Source: Podarcis liolepis (lineage: Eukaryota). Taken from it: a stretch of 64,000 nucleotides of DNA. The notes under the pieces were generated by a model. That model ran no database searches. It saw nothing but the letters and a program-made list of their open reading frames with translations, and was not told the origin of the DNA. Positions 1 to 15,070 of this stretch are shown here, in pieces. Location: assembly GCA_965112155.1 (NCBI GenBank), contig OZ218103.1; one strand, given 5' to 3'. Numbering within the stretch: position 1 is the first letter of the stretch; the number at the start of each line of letters is the position of its first letter. Both the position numbers and the translations under genes were made by a program.

Positions 1-121
1 TAAAGGACGCAAATAGGGACTGTCCCAACAAAACCATTCATCATAGCGGTGATTCCAGCGTTTGAAATGGATTAGCACTTTTCCTTCCTCATAATCAATT
101 TCTTCAATGTGAGCTGGATAC
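1..121 (-). CDS. PHF20: PHF20 second coding exon (Tudor domain 1), truncated by window edge
   Basis: Minus strand reads tttctttgcatag|G TAT CCA GCT CAC..., giving (W)[40 protein letters not shown]. This matches recalled PHF20, not PHF20L1. Phase fits the upstream exon (TG|G = Trp). Absent from the ORF track. Confidence 0.95.
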
Positions 122-1440
122 CTATGCAAAGAAAGTTAATTTAAAATATTCTTGCCAAAAAAGTTGAAATAATTATCTTGAAAAAGGAGTAACTCTACTA
201 CAAAGCCATACATTTTGGTAAATGTATGAATATGATATACAAATAGCTTCAATTTCACCTTTTTGTGATCAATTTAATCTTGCTGGTTTTTTATTATTAA
301 GCGAAACTGCTTTCTTTTTCTAGGAAATATGACAAACACCTGAAATCAACATTAACAAAGAGCCGACAGTTTATGTGTTTATGGCTGTGTCTTGTGAATT
401 CTTAAGTCATGGTTTCCATCAATGCTTTTGCTGTGCAGACCTTGCACTTTTCGTCACAACTAATGTTCTAGCCAAACAACCTTGCTGGTGCTATCAGCAG
501 TATATGATAGAAAGTTAAAAATCTTATGCCATCGGAGAACAACAAAAGGAATAGCTAGGAATAGCTGCTTGGTATCCTCAGGATGATGACAATAGGCAAT
601 GCTAATTTGTCAGCACCACGACCTGACACTGCTGTTATCGGTGGCTGACATCAAATTGTTCCCAAGTGCTGGCAGACAGACTGCATACCCACCAAATCTG
701 CCTTGGCAAGTTACAGGACCTTGTAGAAATATGGGGAGGGGACTGAAGGAGGACGAAGAAGAATGGGAAATCTACTTTTGTAATGTTTGATGTCACTCAG
801 TAGTGTTAAGAGTTAGTCTATTTTAAAAATTAAACACAGATTCATACAAGATGTACATCCCTACAATAGCTTAATCTACACTTTTGTTAAGGGTAACTTC
901 AAAAGTAACAAACAACAGCTTATCCCATATGACAAAGTAACCTGGGAATTTTCAATTGTGCAATAATCATGTGGGTACAGAAGCTGAGAAGGACTCCTCA
1001 GACCTATATGCTTGTTCCTAGAGAATAATCAGTTCCTCCTGATTGATCCTCAACCATTATGGAGCAAGATGCTTTTTAGCAAATCATATTAATCAATCCA
1101 TCTTCAAGCAGAGAACATTTTCATAATCTCCTACTGATATCAGATGAGATGAGCAAAACCACCTTAATCAATCTCTGACTTTTGTCTTCTGGGTTTCTGG
1201 GGGTTTTCCTGTTGTTATTCTGCCTCTCACAGCTACAATAAACCTACCATTAAAATTATGGACTGGTCTTTTCTTCGTCAGAGGGTAAACAAGCAAATTT
1301 TGCAGGGGATCAAATACTTTTTCCCTTCATTGTATCTTTACTTTCATATACTGGCAGATTAGTCTCCTCTCAGAATTAGGAATTGAAAAAACAAGTTCTG
1401 AACATTACAAATCCTTGACTACACATCAATATCCGATACA

Positions 1441-1572
1441 GCAGCTTTCTCCAACCTGGTGTCCTCCAAATGTTTTGGATAACTGTTAACAATCTCAGCC
1501 AACCTGACCAATGGTTGGAGATGATGGAAGTTGTAGACCAACAATATCTGGAAGGCATCAGCCTGGGGCAAC
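1441..1572. mobile_element. Short non-autonomous element with inverted ends (related copies ~2010-2115 and ~30700-30810)
   Basis: Imperfect inverted repeat ccaacctggtgtcctccaaatgttttgga ... ccaacaatatctggaaggcatcagcctgggg; recurs within the window. Confidence 0.6.
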
Positions 1573-2929
1573 ATACTACCAGAGCATAGCCAAAAAACAA
1601 AACAAAACCCTATTCATCGATGGTTAGCAATCCTATGGCATTTATGGCATTTCTTCTCCTTCTACCACTCCTTGCTCACTGTTAATTACCTGTCTTTGAA
1701 CTGCTATCTTAGGAGGCTCTCTAAACTGGACCCAATAGCAAGAATACCCTTACAACCATAGAATTCTATACAATATCACATCGGCTATAACCACCAATCA
1801 TTTTCAACTTCTTAAGGACTACAGTTCTTGTATACTTAAATATAGTAATTTAAAACTAATTCTAATAATACAACTTCTCATCTAACACTTCTGAACTAAT
1901 TTTATTTCATGCTCCAAACGTGTATTTTGCTATAGTAATACCTACATTCTTCTTCAAAAGGCTATAGGCTACATTAGACTCAAATGCCTAACACCAGGAA
2001 TAATCAACATGACACGCCCCAATTGTCATTGGACTACAATTCCCATGAGCCCTAGTCAATCAGCACTTATGGAAGTTGGGAGTCCAACAGAAATTGAGGA
2101 CATTACATTGGTAATTTGGGGGGGGGGACACCAGTGCAGAATGATACACACAGGTCCCACTTTCCCAAGAAATCGTTCTTTAGCAAGTGTTTACTAAGTC
2201 TACAATTCTCAGAAAAGTTAATGTTGTTCTTTTCAAACCTAGAATCATAGTTTAGCATATAAACTCAAGTTCAATAAAGGGCAGACCAGGTTGCTTTATA
2301 ACTTGACAACGGCAACCCACCTTCTGCCTCCAATTATCATGAAGTCTAATACAATTCTTGCTGTGTTGCTACTGCATCAAGAAAGCTTAGCTCCTGAAAA
2401 CAACTAGGGTTATGTCAAATATACTGATTATACATCCCCATCTATACTTGCAAGGAGAATGACATAACACCAGCATCTGCCTAACAAGCTACAATTTTCT
2501 CTTGCAACTCAGTATTGCTGTTTTTTACTTGCACATTATGTGCAATGAAGTGTTTATTCAAAAGGTTTCTGTTTATAAGGCCTACTGTCAAGGAAACTAT
2601 AATTAACTAGCTGTTCAGTATTATGTTTCCAGTTGTTCAGATATTTTAAATAACAAATGAAAAGGTAAGCAGCACATAGGCAGCAAGAACAGATAAAACC
2701 AACATACACTTTCATACATTCATATAGACAGAAAAAGCTCATCTACAAGCAGGCTTGTATCGTAATGCAACAGTGACCCACTAGCTTATACAGGAGTCTT
2801 GTATGCACATCAGAGATCCCTAATGTATTAGGAGCCCTTGGTCTGAGCTGATTAGTTTATTATTTACAGCTGGTATAGAATTCAATGGCCAGCTTGCTTG
2901 GGGCAAGAGACTCTAGGTAGTTAACACTA

Positions 2930-3430
2930 ATCCTGGCCAAATTGCACTGGCTACCAATTAGATTCCAAGTCTTATTCAAATGCTGGTTTTGACCTATAAA
3001 CCTTTATGCAGCTAAGGACCGCAATGCATCAAGGACAACCTCTCCTCATATGAACCAACCTCGACCCTGCAACCATCATCTGAAGCCCTCCTTTGTGTGT
3101 GCCCCTCCTCAGGAGGTCTGAAGGGTGCCAACATTAGAAGAGTGCTTTTCAGTGGTGACTCCTTGTGCTTAGAATGCTCTCCTTGGGGGTGGCTCACCTG
3201 GCATCATCATTGTAGAGATGTAGACACCAAATAAAATAAAAATTCACCAGGGCTTTGCTCTTAATTATCTGTGGTCCCCTTTAGTGGATGGGGAATTTTT
3301 AATCCTGCCTTTAAAAAGAGGATTGTTTTTCTTGGTTTTTCTTTCATGCCTGGTTTAATGTATGTGTTTGTTTATACAATGTAAGTCACTTTGTGGTCCC
3401 TTGCTAAAAAAAGTGATCAATAAATTTAAC
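2930..3430 (+). mobile_element. Old L2-type LINE 3' fragment
   Basis: Degenerate LHWLPI..F..LVLTYK motif (ttgcactggctaccaattagattc...gttttgacctataaa) followed by a typical 3' tail. Confidence 0.65.
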
Positions 3431-4919
3431 AAATAAATTTAAGACATTTGTATACCACTTAATTATTCAAATTTCTAAGTGGCGAACATTATCTTCAGTG
3501 ACCAAACTAGTGACACTAGTTCATTCATTGAAGCATTTCAAAAATAAACTAAAAAAATGAAATAAAAATAATTTTTTTAAAATAAACTTCCAATGCTACC
3601 AACCCTCATCTTCAGCAGACTGCAAACTGTCCAGAATGCATCGTTTTAGATACGTCATTTGCTATAGCCTTGATCTAGCCAAAACAAGTTCTCATGAAAG
3701 CATGTTTCCATAATACATTAACCCAAGAGAGACAGAATGATTTAAAATGAAATGTGTAGCTGTCCTTTCTATACAAATGTCTAGTATCAGTGTTCTGCAG
3801 TGTCAAGGTTCAGCTCAGTCTCTTAAAAAAGATTGATTCTCAGTTTTCCTATGCATGGTGGGTCCTCAAGAAGCAACGTCAAAAAGTGAACTTTCCAGTA
3901 TTCTCTATTCATATAACACAAAACAAAGTTCTACTTATCAATTCAGAACAGTACAAATAATAAATTATTATTATTAGTTTTTAATGTGTGACATTTTAAT
4001 GTATTTTTAATTTTTGTTTGAAGCCGCCCAGATAATAATTACAATATCACATTCTACTTTCAACCTCCATAAAGTCAGAATGAAAAAGTAATCCACTAGT
4101 TCACCCCCTTTTAAAGCATTCCTCATGATCAAAGTTTTTATTTCAGCCACTTGACAGGGGTCCTTCATTTCAAGGTGCAGGGTATTGAAGAGTAAGGACA
4201 CTATACCTCAGGGGAATGGGATATACCCTAACCATATTGTTCTTTTTTATAATTTATTGATTAGAGTATGCTCCCTTCTAGAGTAAATATACCGTTCATG
4301 GCTGTTTACAACGTATAAACATAATGCTTCCATAAAAATAACAAAAAACAACAAAAAAATTCAGAATATATCCATATATGTGTCATAAAATAAAAGGTCA
4401 CAATGAAATGGTCTTCAATAGCTTGCAAACAAAAAACAGCAAGGGAGACAGCCAACCACATTTCAAAAGGCAAAGCATCCCATGATACCAGTTATCTTCT
4501 CTTGGCCCACTCAGTTGTGCTTCCACTCTAGGAAAGACAGAGAAGAAACATTCCTTCCGATCTTAGAGAGCGACTAGGATGACATGGGAGAAGGCAATCC
4601 CCAAATGATCAACTTGTTGACTCAAATGTCTTTTTCAGAGCCTCTTCCAAGATCCCTTACACTTGGCACCTCAGAAACAGTAATACTATGATAACAATTA
4701 AAATGGTGTAAAGCAGAAGGTCTCACTGTGGCTTAGGAAACAGTCTCACGCCAGATCGGACTATTGGTCTATGTAGTCTAGTACTGTCTACTCTAAATAG
4801 TCATGGAGATTCCAGATCCTGAATCAGAGATTATTTTTCAAGAAAGTGCAGATGGGTGTTCTTTGTGCAGGAAACTCAGGCTGAACCCTGTACCAACTTC
4901 ACAACAGATTTAACACAAA

Positions 4920-5010
4920 GGCTGCAATCCTATACCCACTTACCTGGGAGTAAGCACCATTAGGCTCAATGAGACTTACTTCTGAGTAGACATGTATAGG
5001 ATTGCACTGT
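4920..5010. mobile_element. ~90-bp hairpin-type short element (decayed relatives ~23768-23845 and ~51738-51830)
   Basis: Inverted arms tgcaatcctatac / gtataggattgca with inner gagtaag / cttacttc pairing. Confidence 0.6.
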
Positions 5011-6649
5011 ATTACAGATCAGCAGACATTAGGTGAGGGGAGCAAAATCAATAAATACTATATGAACATTTGCAATCAGAACAAAGTTAATGTCAGGGAG
5101 TCAAACCGAACCCTTTTTTAAAAAAAAAACCTGAAAACCCAGCATAATCAGAACCTACATAATCATTGGTGATGTTAGCTGTCTGCAAACTTTTATTATG
5201 CCCGAATTCAACTGTGATCCACTTTATAATTTCTGCCGTATTTATTAAAAAAAATTATTTTAAAATGTCATTTTTATTTATCATTTTTATTAAAGAATAC
5301 CATGCTAATATTATGTGCTGTATAAATATCTCATTTCCTAAATACCCAAAAGTATCTGATCTGAAATGTTTGATGTTATATTCAAGCGAATGCAAAGCTG
5401 TACTATTTTTTAATGAAATGCTTATCAATATTGACATTACAATTCAGTAACATCTGCGTCCTCAAATTTTAAGGTGGACAATGAAGGCACTGAAAATGGT
5501 TAACATGCTCAGTTTTAGCATACTCAGTGCTATATCTGCATGCACACTTTGAGGGGAACAATCCATTTTGACTAGTTATTTTTATCCAGTCATTATTTTT
5601 AAAAAACAATTTTATGAAACAATGCAGTTTTAGAAATAAGTCTTTTTTAATGTGGAAAAACATAGCAATGGAATTTTTTCCATAACCGAAAATATCCTGT
5701 ACCACATCACTGTTTGAAACAAGAATGAGAATGCAATCAGAAAAAAGGGCAGGTTATTAGTTTGGAATAAGCGTTTGACTAAAAACTGAAAAGATAGCAC
5801 TTACTGACTCCAAAAACAAAGAATTATAATAAACTACTAATGCATTCACAGAACTAATATTGAGAAGAATGCAATGCTAAAATCATGGTTTACTGCTATA
5901 AGAACAAGGTGTAAAAGTATTGAGGAAAGTCTTAGGCTTGAGTGCTTCCCCACTGTCAATGCAGTCAGGACTTTTGCCAGCATTTGTAATAAACCAGATT
6001 GTGGAAAGTAAATGTCCTTTTCCTGGTCAATGAAGAAGAAATGAAGGAAGTGTGGGAGCATGAGCCTCTGCTCTGACTCACTCCAGCTAGTGCATATAGT
6101 ACTACTAAACAATAGTTTAGCACTGTGAACAAATGCAGCCAATATGGTTTGCAGGCAGAGATTAAACTATTTTTCTGGTTTAGATATCACAGAAACTGTG
6201 AATTAACCAGGCAGTTTTCGCCCAAGCTGAGTGTGTAAACGAAGGGAAGATAGGAATACTAAAGTTCAGTGCACAATACCATTACACCCAAACTTTAAGT
6301 TTTTGAAACTTTCTACTTTTACAATGTGACATAAAGATCGTTAGATAAATAGCTGCATCTGTACAATATATTTAAACATTTTGTATTATTGACATTAGGA
6401 TAATTATCATGTTGATACTAATCACCTTATCATATATGTGAACCACCATTTACGTTTTCCTCACATAAAGTAGAACAAGACTAGGTGGTTCGGATACTCT
6501 GAACCAGTTACTGAAATGCTACTGGTCTGATGCAGTTGAATCAGAACCAGACCTGAACTGGAACTTTTGTTGGTTTGACTCCCTGTTTGTAGCACAATGT
6601 GACAGCATCACAAAAATGTATCCAAGTTTTATCATGAAATAAGAAATAC

Positions 6650-6732
6650 CAGTTTTTTAATCTGTCTCGGGCTTCCAACTGGGCTCCCACTTCAAAGCTG
6701 ATACCTCTTCTGTTTGGTGGATGTTTTCTCAT
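6650..6732 (-). CDS. PHF20: PHF20 first coding exon (83 nt CDS; whole exon 6650-6760 including 5'UTR)
   Basis: Encodes [28 protein letters not shown], the PHF20 N-terminus. Acceptor ttttcag| at 6761 and donor TG|gtattt at 6649. Confidence 0.96.
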
Positions 6733-9700
6733 TTTGTTATAAGCCGCTGCTTTTATTCCCCTGAAAAATGCAATTAAATATCAATCACCAGAACCTGTGT
6801 CAATTGCTAATCTGTCTAATCAGATAAAATAATTCATATTCCAATGTTTCAGTTATGTAAGTTTTCTTTGCATTCTTTATACTGTATGTTGAAAAGAGTG
6901 CCCTTAAATATATAGTCTCTTCATTACAAAGACTGGCTTTGTATACCCCAGATCTTACTAAAACTCATCTCTGGATGTCAAAGTGGAGCACCTAGGTATA
7001 CTGTGGAAACAGTATCATTGTTGAAGGGCTCCCTCCGGTGTTCAGGTACCAACATATCTGTAATGCTTCTCAAATTAAATTCTTTGTGGTCAATATTTTA
7101 TTGATAATTCAGCACAATTTTGTACATCACTGTTTGTTGTTTCCAGTCCTACCTGTCTACACTTTGATCCATGTGCTATGGCCACCACCTTTAGAGTTTA
7201 CTGTGTTGTTGCCACGTAACATGTTGTTGGCTTACCACCTGGATTGTCATCTCTAAATGTTTCTCTAATAGTACGTTTTGTTTTTTTTAAAAAACCCAAC
7301 AATCCTTGCCATATGGACCAGGTATCATGCAGAACAAATTTTGAGTAACCACAAAGCTCATGCACTGTCTGAAGAGGTCCTTAATTTCAGTCCTGCAAGT
7401 TTACAGATATGATGCACTGAACAGTGCTAGCTTTTACACAGTACAGGAATCTTAGATTTAGTGTATGTAGTGTCTTACAGAGAACTGAACAGATGCTACT
7501 GGATTATCTGGGTTATTTGGTATATACTGCTAAATATATTATCTTTCCTGCAAATGCCTTTGTTCTTGCACTTTTTGCTTCAAGTTCATGCTAACAGCAC
7601 TACAGGCTTTTACTGCTGCAATTTTGTTAATGTTGTTTTGTGATTTATCAACTCCTTCATTAACACCATAAGTCTCAAACTAATGAACAGTGGCATATAA
7701 AAGAACTGTTTTGGAACAGTGATCTGGAACATGCACACCACTGATCTAGAACATGAAAATCATTTGCAAAATGAAACAGCCTCGACATGGTGGCTCTTAG
7801 TGACTTGTGTTTTAGACATTACAATAGAACTGCAATGCCTTTTTCTAAAAGCTTTCATCCCCCCCCCCCCGGGTAACTGGAACATTTGTTGACTCCTAGA
7901 GTTGTTTTTATTTTCAGTTCTAAGTTTGATGTACAGCTTAAAATCATAATTTTAAAATGCTATTGTGAAGTAAACTACAATTTTTTGCTGAAATTTGAGG
8001 TGCTATAAATGTGAGCTACCAAGAAGCAGTGGGCATTAACAATGTTTCAAATATTAAAAATATGTTTTGCTGGTTTACATGGCTCTGTCAACAACATAAC
8101 AATTGGACTACAGTAACAAATCCTATACACACAGAAACAAGCCAACATTTGATAACCAAGCCAAAATTTGCAGTTGCCAGTAGCCTGCCAAACCCGCTGA
8201 ATCCAATGAAGTCACTGTGTGGGTGGAAAGACTGCTCATGTAACAGATTTTCCCCTGTGCTCCCCATACCGCCCAAATCTGCTTCAGAAGGTTGGGGGTG
8301 CATGAGGAAGAAGATAGGGGACGTCCCACTGCACTAACAGAAGTCATTCTACTCATACAGTGCCTCTGAAAGGCTTAGCACAGGTGTAGGGAACATCACC
8401 ACCCATCCAGCTCTGAACTAAAGGTGGTAGGTGAGCCAGTGGTTGCTTTTCTGGACAGCCCAGCACCAAGCTAGCCTTCTCCAACTGGGAGCTGGTGTGA
8501 TAGGGATCTTCCCCATAGTTGGGCTGTGCTTCCAGTACAGTCCAACATCTGAGACAATCCCTACTCGCCATCCACGTCCAAGGCAGAGAGGAGGGCTGGG
8601 CTTTGTCTTGTCATGCATACCAGCGAGTGATGAGACACACACTGAGTAGAGTGTCTTAATACAACTGAAGAGTGGCAACACATCTCCCATCTTAAATGCA
8701 ATGCAAACATGATCCTGCTTAGCCTTCTCTGCACATCTAAAAAAAAATTAAATTACTGAGACATATGGAACCATGAGCTAAAATATAACTTGAAGACCTC
8801 TACTAAGCATGTGAAAAAGAATGACACCCTCTCCTCCGAAATAGCTGCACAACCGAAAAGAGAACTGAGGCTTCCATAAGCTTCTGAAACTGGACCCCTA
8901 CCCAAGGCCTATATGGTGCAGTGATGCAACCAAATACACATTTATTGAATGTAATTTGTTCCCAATTTAGGCAGAAATAGAAGACACAGACACACAGCTA
9001 AGGTTTCTTCTTCTGTAACTTGTTGCTGGTGAAAATCTGGTCTTGGTTAGCACAATTATTTGCGGTAACTGTATTTTGCCTGCCAGATCACCACTTTGAT
9101 GAACACTATGTTTTATCAGACAAAAAGGTATGAAAGATTCAAAACAAGATTCCATAATTTTACATGTCAGCTTATTTTATTGGTCTTGCAGTGCGCACTC
9201 TCTCTCTCCCTCACACACGAACAAACACACAAGCTGCAAACTATCAAAGATGTATATGTGGATAGCCAATCCTGCTACTATGGAACACACTAGAATGGGA
9301 CATTTATAAGCATGTGCCTCCCTTCTCTGATTTAAAAGGCCAGTATGTATAGCAAACCTTAAGCAAGATGCTGGCAACTAGCTCCAGACAACAGCTGCAG
9401 AGTGTCCTACTGTTTCTTACCCAGAAAACCAACCTATTAGACACCTGTACAAGGTATAATTTCCCACACCTCTTTGTAAACCAGGCAGACAGGGTTTCTC
9501 CCTTAATACAATACTATGTATTCAATATACAACACAAAAGAAAGGAAGTCTTGTCCATCTGTGTCACTGGATTCTGGGCCCAGAAGGCATAGACAGAGAT
9601 ATATAGCAACTTAGCTCAGCTCTGCATATGGGAAAAATGAATGAAGGGACAGGAAAGCTTTGACAGAGCCGGGCAAGGAGCAGATTTCATGTGAGAGAAA

Positions 9701-11434
9701 AAGGGGGTGACTGATATTTCTATCTATCCTGTTCTCTTTTTGGTTCAGGGTGGGTTACTAAAAATTTTGTCTTTAGGCCAAAGAAATAACTGCCTAAATT
9801 TCTAAGACTACTGAGCACTATTAGAAAGAATTACTGTACGGAAACTGTCAAGCAGGCCTCCAGTAGCGGCTATCAGGTACATAAGCAGCAAGTATTTTTT
9901 TAAAAAGTAAGTTTTAAGGTCTCCTAAGTCCCCTTTGCATGTAATGCCTAGCCAGAGGCTGTAACCCAAAGCAGCTAATCCAATAGTCACCAAAGGGACC
10001 ATGACACCTCGCCAGTGGAATATAACTACGAGATAAATCAAAAGCCTTCACGGGCTTTCCAACTGAATGGATGAAGGAGCCTGAATACATTTTAAACCAT
10101 CTGTGTGAATTGAGTGTGTGCTGAATCCTCATGCACAGAGCATAATATGCTTAAAATGTGTGGTCTCCACTTCCTAGGTGGTTCTTCCTCAAACAGAAAC
10201 TACTTTTCCCCCAAAAGCTTTAAGACATTTAATATGTAGATGCAATTAAATGTATTACAGAATGCTGAGCTGCTCATATTAGTGACTTTCCCACCAGATA
10301 AGGGCTTTCCACCATCAACTTCTTAATAGCACTGAAAAGTAACCTAGTTTTCAAGAGCACTGCATTTTATTTATTCTGTCATGCTGAGCTTGAACATACC
10401 ACAGCCAGGTGAGTTCAGGACATGCACCAAGGCTAGCATTTGTCTATGGACAGCTATGCTTTATTACTGGAGTCCAAAGGCTATTTCCTCCCACAATGGA
10501 ACTGACTAGATCCAACTGACTTTGGTCAAGTCAGTTTATTATTGGACTATTATCATCCTGCATTATTCATTTTATTTATTTCTCCTTGCACTTTGTTCCT
10601 GGTCTCACCAAAGGCCTGTCTCTAGATTCTAATTCTGTTCTTCAACACCCTAAACCGATTCTATGATAATAATCATGCTTCCATACAACTGCATATTCTA
10701 TTTCCTTTGCTGTATCCAGCCTGGAAAAGATTCAGCACTCATAACCTTTACGTTCCATTTCCACAATGCACAGAATGTCTGTAATACTATGTCTCTGTCT
10801 GAAGACCAATCCAAGAGAGAGGGATAGTACCTGCACATCAAGCTCTGTTCTTGACAAGCAGCCATGGACTCCAAGTGCCAGGTTAAAAAAGAATGGTTTT
10901 ATACTGCAGTAATGATTTACAGATTTAAAGAAACCACAGATGATCACACTATTTTTCATATTAACTGCTCCTGCTAGTTTACTCATGTTAATGTGTGGTA
11001 GACATTATGGGGCCCAGTACAGACATAATGCTAGCTCCCTAAACTACAGGTGGAAGTAACCCATGCTTGGGAATATACAAACTGCCCTCTTTCTCCTCCA
11101 CTTTTTGGCACAGGTTTTCCTATTTTTTCTCTTGTTCACTTAACTGTAGGTTATCATTGCATCTGTACTGATATTTGCCATGATTAATGCTGACCAGGGT
11201 TTGGAAATACAGTCTTAAGTGCCGTTATGAAGGGACCTTTTTATATGATTAGCATTAACTGTGCTTAGTACCACTGTATGAAACTGGGTATTTTCAAGTT
11301 TGGCTGTAAAAATTTCATGGTGGTTTATGAATTGGAGCATATCAATGTCCTACAATGTTTCTGCATGCCTTCATTCCCACTCACTCCACCATTTTGTCAC
11401 TGAAGTAATTACATAATGTGCTTTTACTATACTA

Positions 11435-11669
11435 CAGTGGAACCTCGTGTTACGTACCGTCCTCCTTGCGAACGTGTCAGGTAACGAGCTCTGCTAACCA
11501 GGAAGTAGTTGCTCCTGGTAGTGAACTTTGCCCTGGGATGTAAGCACATCCCAATGGCATGTGTGCAGTGGGAGGCCCCATTAGCAAAAGCGCAGCTCAG
11601 GATAAGAATGGTTTCATGTTAAGAACGGACCTCTGAAAAGAATTAAGTTTGTAACTGGTGGTACCATTG
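11435..11669. mobile_element. MITE family B2
   Basis: TA|CAGTGGAACCTCGTGTTACGTACCGTCC...GGTACCATTG|TA. Confidence 0.85.
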
Positions 11670-14216
11670 TATACTATACTTTTTCTGATGAATGTGCCGT
11701 GATATATTGCTCCAATTTATATTTATATCAGTCATACACCTTATGTGCAAATTGCCTGGAGATGGTGGTTAACCAATTAATAAATCAATGATAATACTTA
11801 TTTCATGATGATTATGATTTCTGTTTTATTAGTTTATCAGTGGCTCTCAAATTGGAGGCTGGAAGAGACAGAACACCTGAATGGGGTAAAGCATTCAAAG
11901 GCAAGATAGTATCACTGAAGAGAAGGAATCTTTCTCCTTTCACTACCCAAGGTTTGTGGGCTGAATGCCTTCTGGCAGACATCACTCACTGATGCACACT
12001 GAGTTTGCAAGAGTGACTGCATCCCCACTATCTCATCATACCACTCTCATCAGAGAAGAAGGTTGCTAAGATAGACAGGGTGCCTTATGTGTAACTTTAG
12101 AAAGCATATTCTTCTCTAATAGCAATATTTGATTGGTAGCAAACATATACTAATGAAGCAGCAGAATGAACACAACTGTGTACGAGATTCTCCACACAAT
12201 CACTTGTAGCACACATTACTGGCGTTGGTTTACAGAGCTACATGGCACAATAAAATAAAGAAGTTTGAGATACACTGAGATAAGTAATATAATCATAAAT
12301 ACTCAGTGGCGACATGTGTTGTGCATCATACCATAAGTAATGGCAAGAACAAATAAAATCTCACCCAGTTCACCCCCCGCAATTTGCATGCCCTCATCAG
12401 AATTGGTCAGTCCAAAGTAGGAGTGGTGAATGTCCATGATGCCTGACACAATTACGATCCCTTGCAAGTGGATGGCCACAGCCAGGCTGCGCTGAAAAAC
12501 ACACCTGCAGGTAAGAAAAGGCAATTGCTACATAAGGCTAAGACCAGCACTACTATGGTTTTAACATTCCTATAAAAATAGGCAGCATTCCTGGAGCAAA
12601 GATCTATAAAATATCTTCCTTGACCCACACACTGTCCCAAATACAGAAATGTATAAACGATTCTAGGTACACACACTGATCTCGACCCCAAAATGGAATT
12701 TTGAAGGTAAATAAAAGGATTCCCCTTGAATTGAATTTCCTTATCTTTAAATAATGCTGTGTAATGTAATGTAAACCTATAAAAGGATTAGGGATGAGAA
12801 AAGTATTCTTAACTACACAAAACATAAAAAACTAATGGGCTACATTCAAATGTTTATTTCTCCATTTAGCATGTAATTTAAGCACATATGATCCTTTAAG
12901 TCTTTACTGACACATTAATGTATTTTTTAAAAAAGTTGTTGCCTGGTATATAACCCAAAATACTTTAATTATTTTCTTGAAATTCAAAGCTCTAAAAATG
13001 TAGATTTGTATTGATTACATTTAAGAAACTGTTAACTACTTGTATGAAGAGAGCTGAGCCAGTGGCAGATGAGACGATTACCTCATCCCCATTAGATAAC
13101 TAGCACTAGCAGACATGGAGACAGATGGAGGTTCTGCAGGTGACACTGCACCTATGGGCAACAAATTAACAGGTGGTGATCCTATTCCCACTATGGCTGG
13201 CTACTCTTTGTTCCTGTCCAGTTTCCCTATCTCTTCCCCCAGGATTCTGCTTCCACATTTCTTTGTATTATCTAGATCTGTTTATCCAGGACTGACTTCT
13301 TACTGAGGATTCATGCACACTTTTAACTGTGCAGGGCAGACCCTCAATTTAGTTACTGCCTCCAAGTATGGGAAGTATAATCAGGAAGGGCGGCGGGGGG
13401 GGGGGGGGAGAGGGAGGGAGGGAGGGAGGGAGAGAGAGAGAGACTTGAAATAACTAATTGTTATGGTCCAACCATTTCGTGAGATTTGGTCTTACAGCAG
13501 CAACTGGCAGTTCACCCCTGCAGAGGTAAGTAACCCATTAAGAATGTCTGCCTCCAGAGATTTCAAGAATGAAGCAGGTCAGATGACAGCTAGAGCACAT
13601 ATGGTGCAAGACTTGCCACAAATGCAATTGAGCGCATGCTAAAGGGCATGACTGTGCCTCCTGTGAGGTGACAACGGGTGGCGAAGAAAGTATACTCTGT
13701 CACCTCCATCTCATCCTTAAGTAGCCATGGAACAGAGGTTAACATCCATCCCAATAAACAGGAGCGTAGGAAGCCTGCTGTGTTAAGTTTGCAAGACACT
13801 TCAATGATGAAATTTACTGAATCCATGATGATTTGGACAACACGGCTGTAAAAAGTCTAGATAAAGTGTAGTCTGGTTTTGTGAAAGCAGTTTTAGCTTT
13901 TGAGGTCTGAGGATGTGGAACAAGGTGCATGTAGCTGTTTGACTGACCTTGCAACTTCTCAAACTTTTCTCATTGTGGCTGATCTGAACAAGCTTGTGAT
14001 GGGTGTTGTGTTTTACTGTGTAAGTCCAAGGCATGGTAAGTGCATATTTGTGTGCAGAAGCAGTGCCTGCCATTCTTAAAGAAGCAGGAGTGCAGCCACT
14101 CTTGAAGAAGAAGAAAAACAACCACCTGGTCACAGAGGCTTATGATAACTACTTTTTAGGGAAGGTGCTTAAGAAGGGCGGTGGCAGCAGCAGTTTGGTT
14201 CCAGGTGCTCCAAGAG

Positions 14217-14563
14217 CAGGGTGGGCCAATATTTTCATAACCAGTGGGCCACAAGAATACTTTGTTTGGGAACCCATGGGCCGCACACTGTCTTGTCATG
14301 CAGGGATGGGGAGGCCAAAATTTGATGCTGCTCCCCCTACCTCCCATGCTGCCTTCCAAAAGCCAGGTAAGTGAGTTCCTGGGCTTTGGGAAGGAGGTGT
14401 GAGGACTCTAGGACCCTATCAGAGCCCTCATACATCCTTTCCAAAGTCCGGTGCCTCACTTACCCAGCTCTGAGAAGGCAGTGTGAGGGCTGGGAGGGGT
14501 CAAATGTTGCTGATGGCTGCCCAAAAAAGCCCTAGGCCTTGGGCTGTGTGTTGGATCATCCTG
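14217..14563. mobile_element. hAT-type non-autonomous element
   Basis: CAGG...CCTG ends flanked by a near-perfect 8-bp TSD, TCCAAGAG (14209-14216) and TCCTAGAG (14564-14571). It interrupts the L2 reading path. Confidence 0.7.
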
Positions 14564-14702
14564 TCCTAGAGGAAACTGATTATCTAGACTCATTCCAGTC
14601 TGGGTTCAGAACTGATTTGGCCTTGGTTGCCTAATCATTTACTTTCACAGAGAGATTCAGTGTTGGTTTGATGCAGTCTCTCTCCCTCTCTCTCTATATA
14701 TA

Positions 14703-15066
14703 CTGTATTTTTTGCACCATAGCACTCACTTTTTTCCTCCTAGAAAGTAAGGGGAAATGTCTGTGCGTGTTATGGAGCGAATGCCTGTGGGTGGCGGGGG
14801 GGATCTGCTGCAGTCGTGAGCAGAGGATCCATGGTTCCCCTTCCTTCCCTCCTCCGTGGTTACAAAGCATGGATCCACATGTATCCTCAGGATTTTTGCA
14901 TTGGGCTACTCCAAACTCACTGTCAGATCACATGTCTGTGGCCACAGCATGAACCACAAAAATCATATATCCACTATTTCGTTTAGAATATTTTTTTCTT
15001 GTTTTCCTCCTCTAAAAACTATGTGCGTGTTATGGTCTGGTGCGTGTTATAGAGCGAAAAATACGG
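14703..15066. mobile_element. Tc1/mariner-superfamily MITE, group A (TIR C(C/T)GTATTTTTCGC, TA TSD)
   Basis: TA|CTGTATTTTTTGC...GCGAAAAATACGG|TA; ends shared with copies at 17214, 50395 and 61709. Confidence 0.85.
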
Positions 15067-15070
15067 TAAA

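Noticed and set aside
1-6760. Assignment to PHF20L1 instead of PHF20
   Set aside because: Residues [32 protein letters not shown]...[12 protein letters not shown] fit recalled PHF20, not PHF20L1 ([32 protein letters not shown]).
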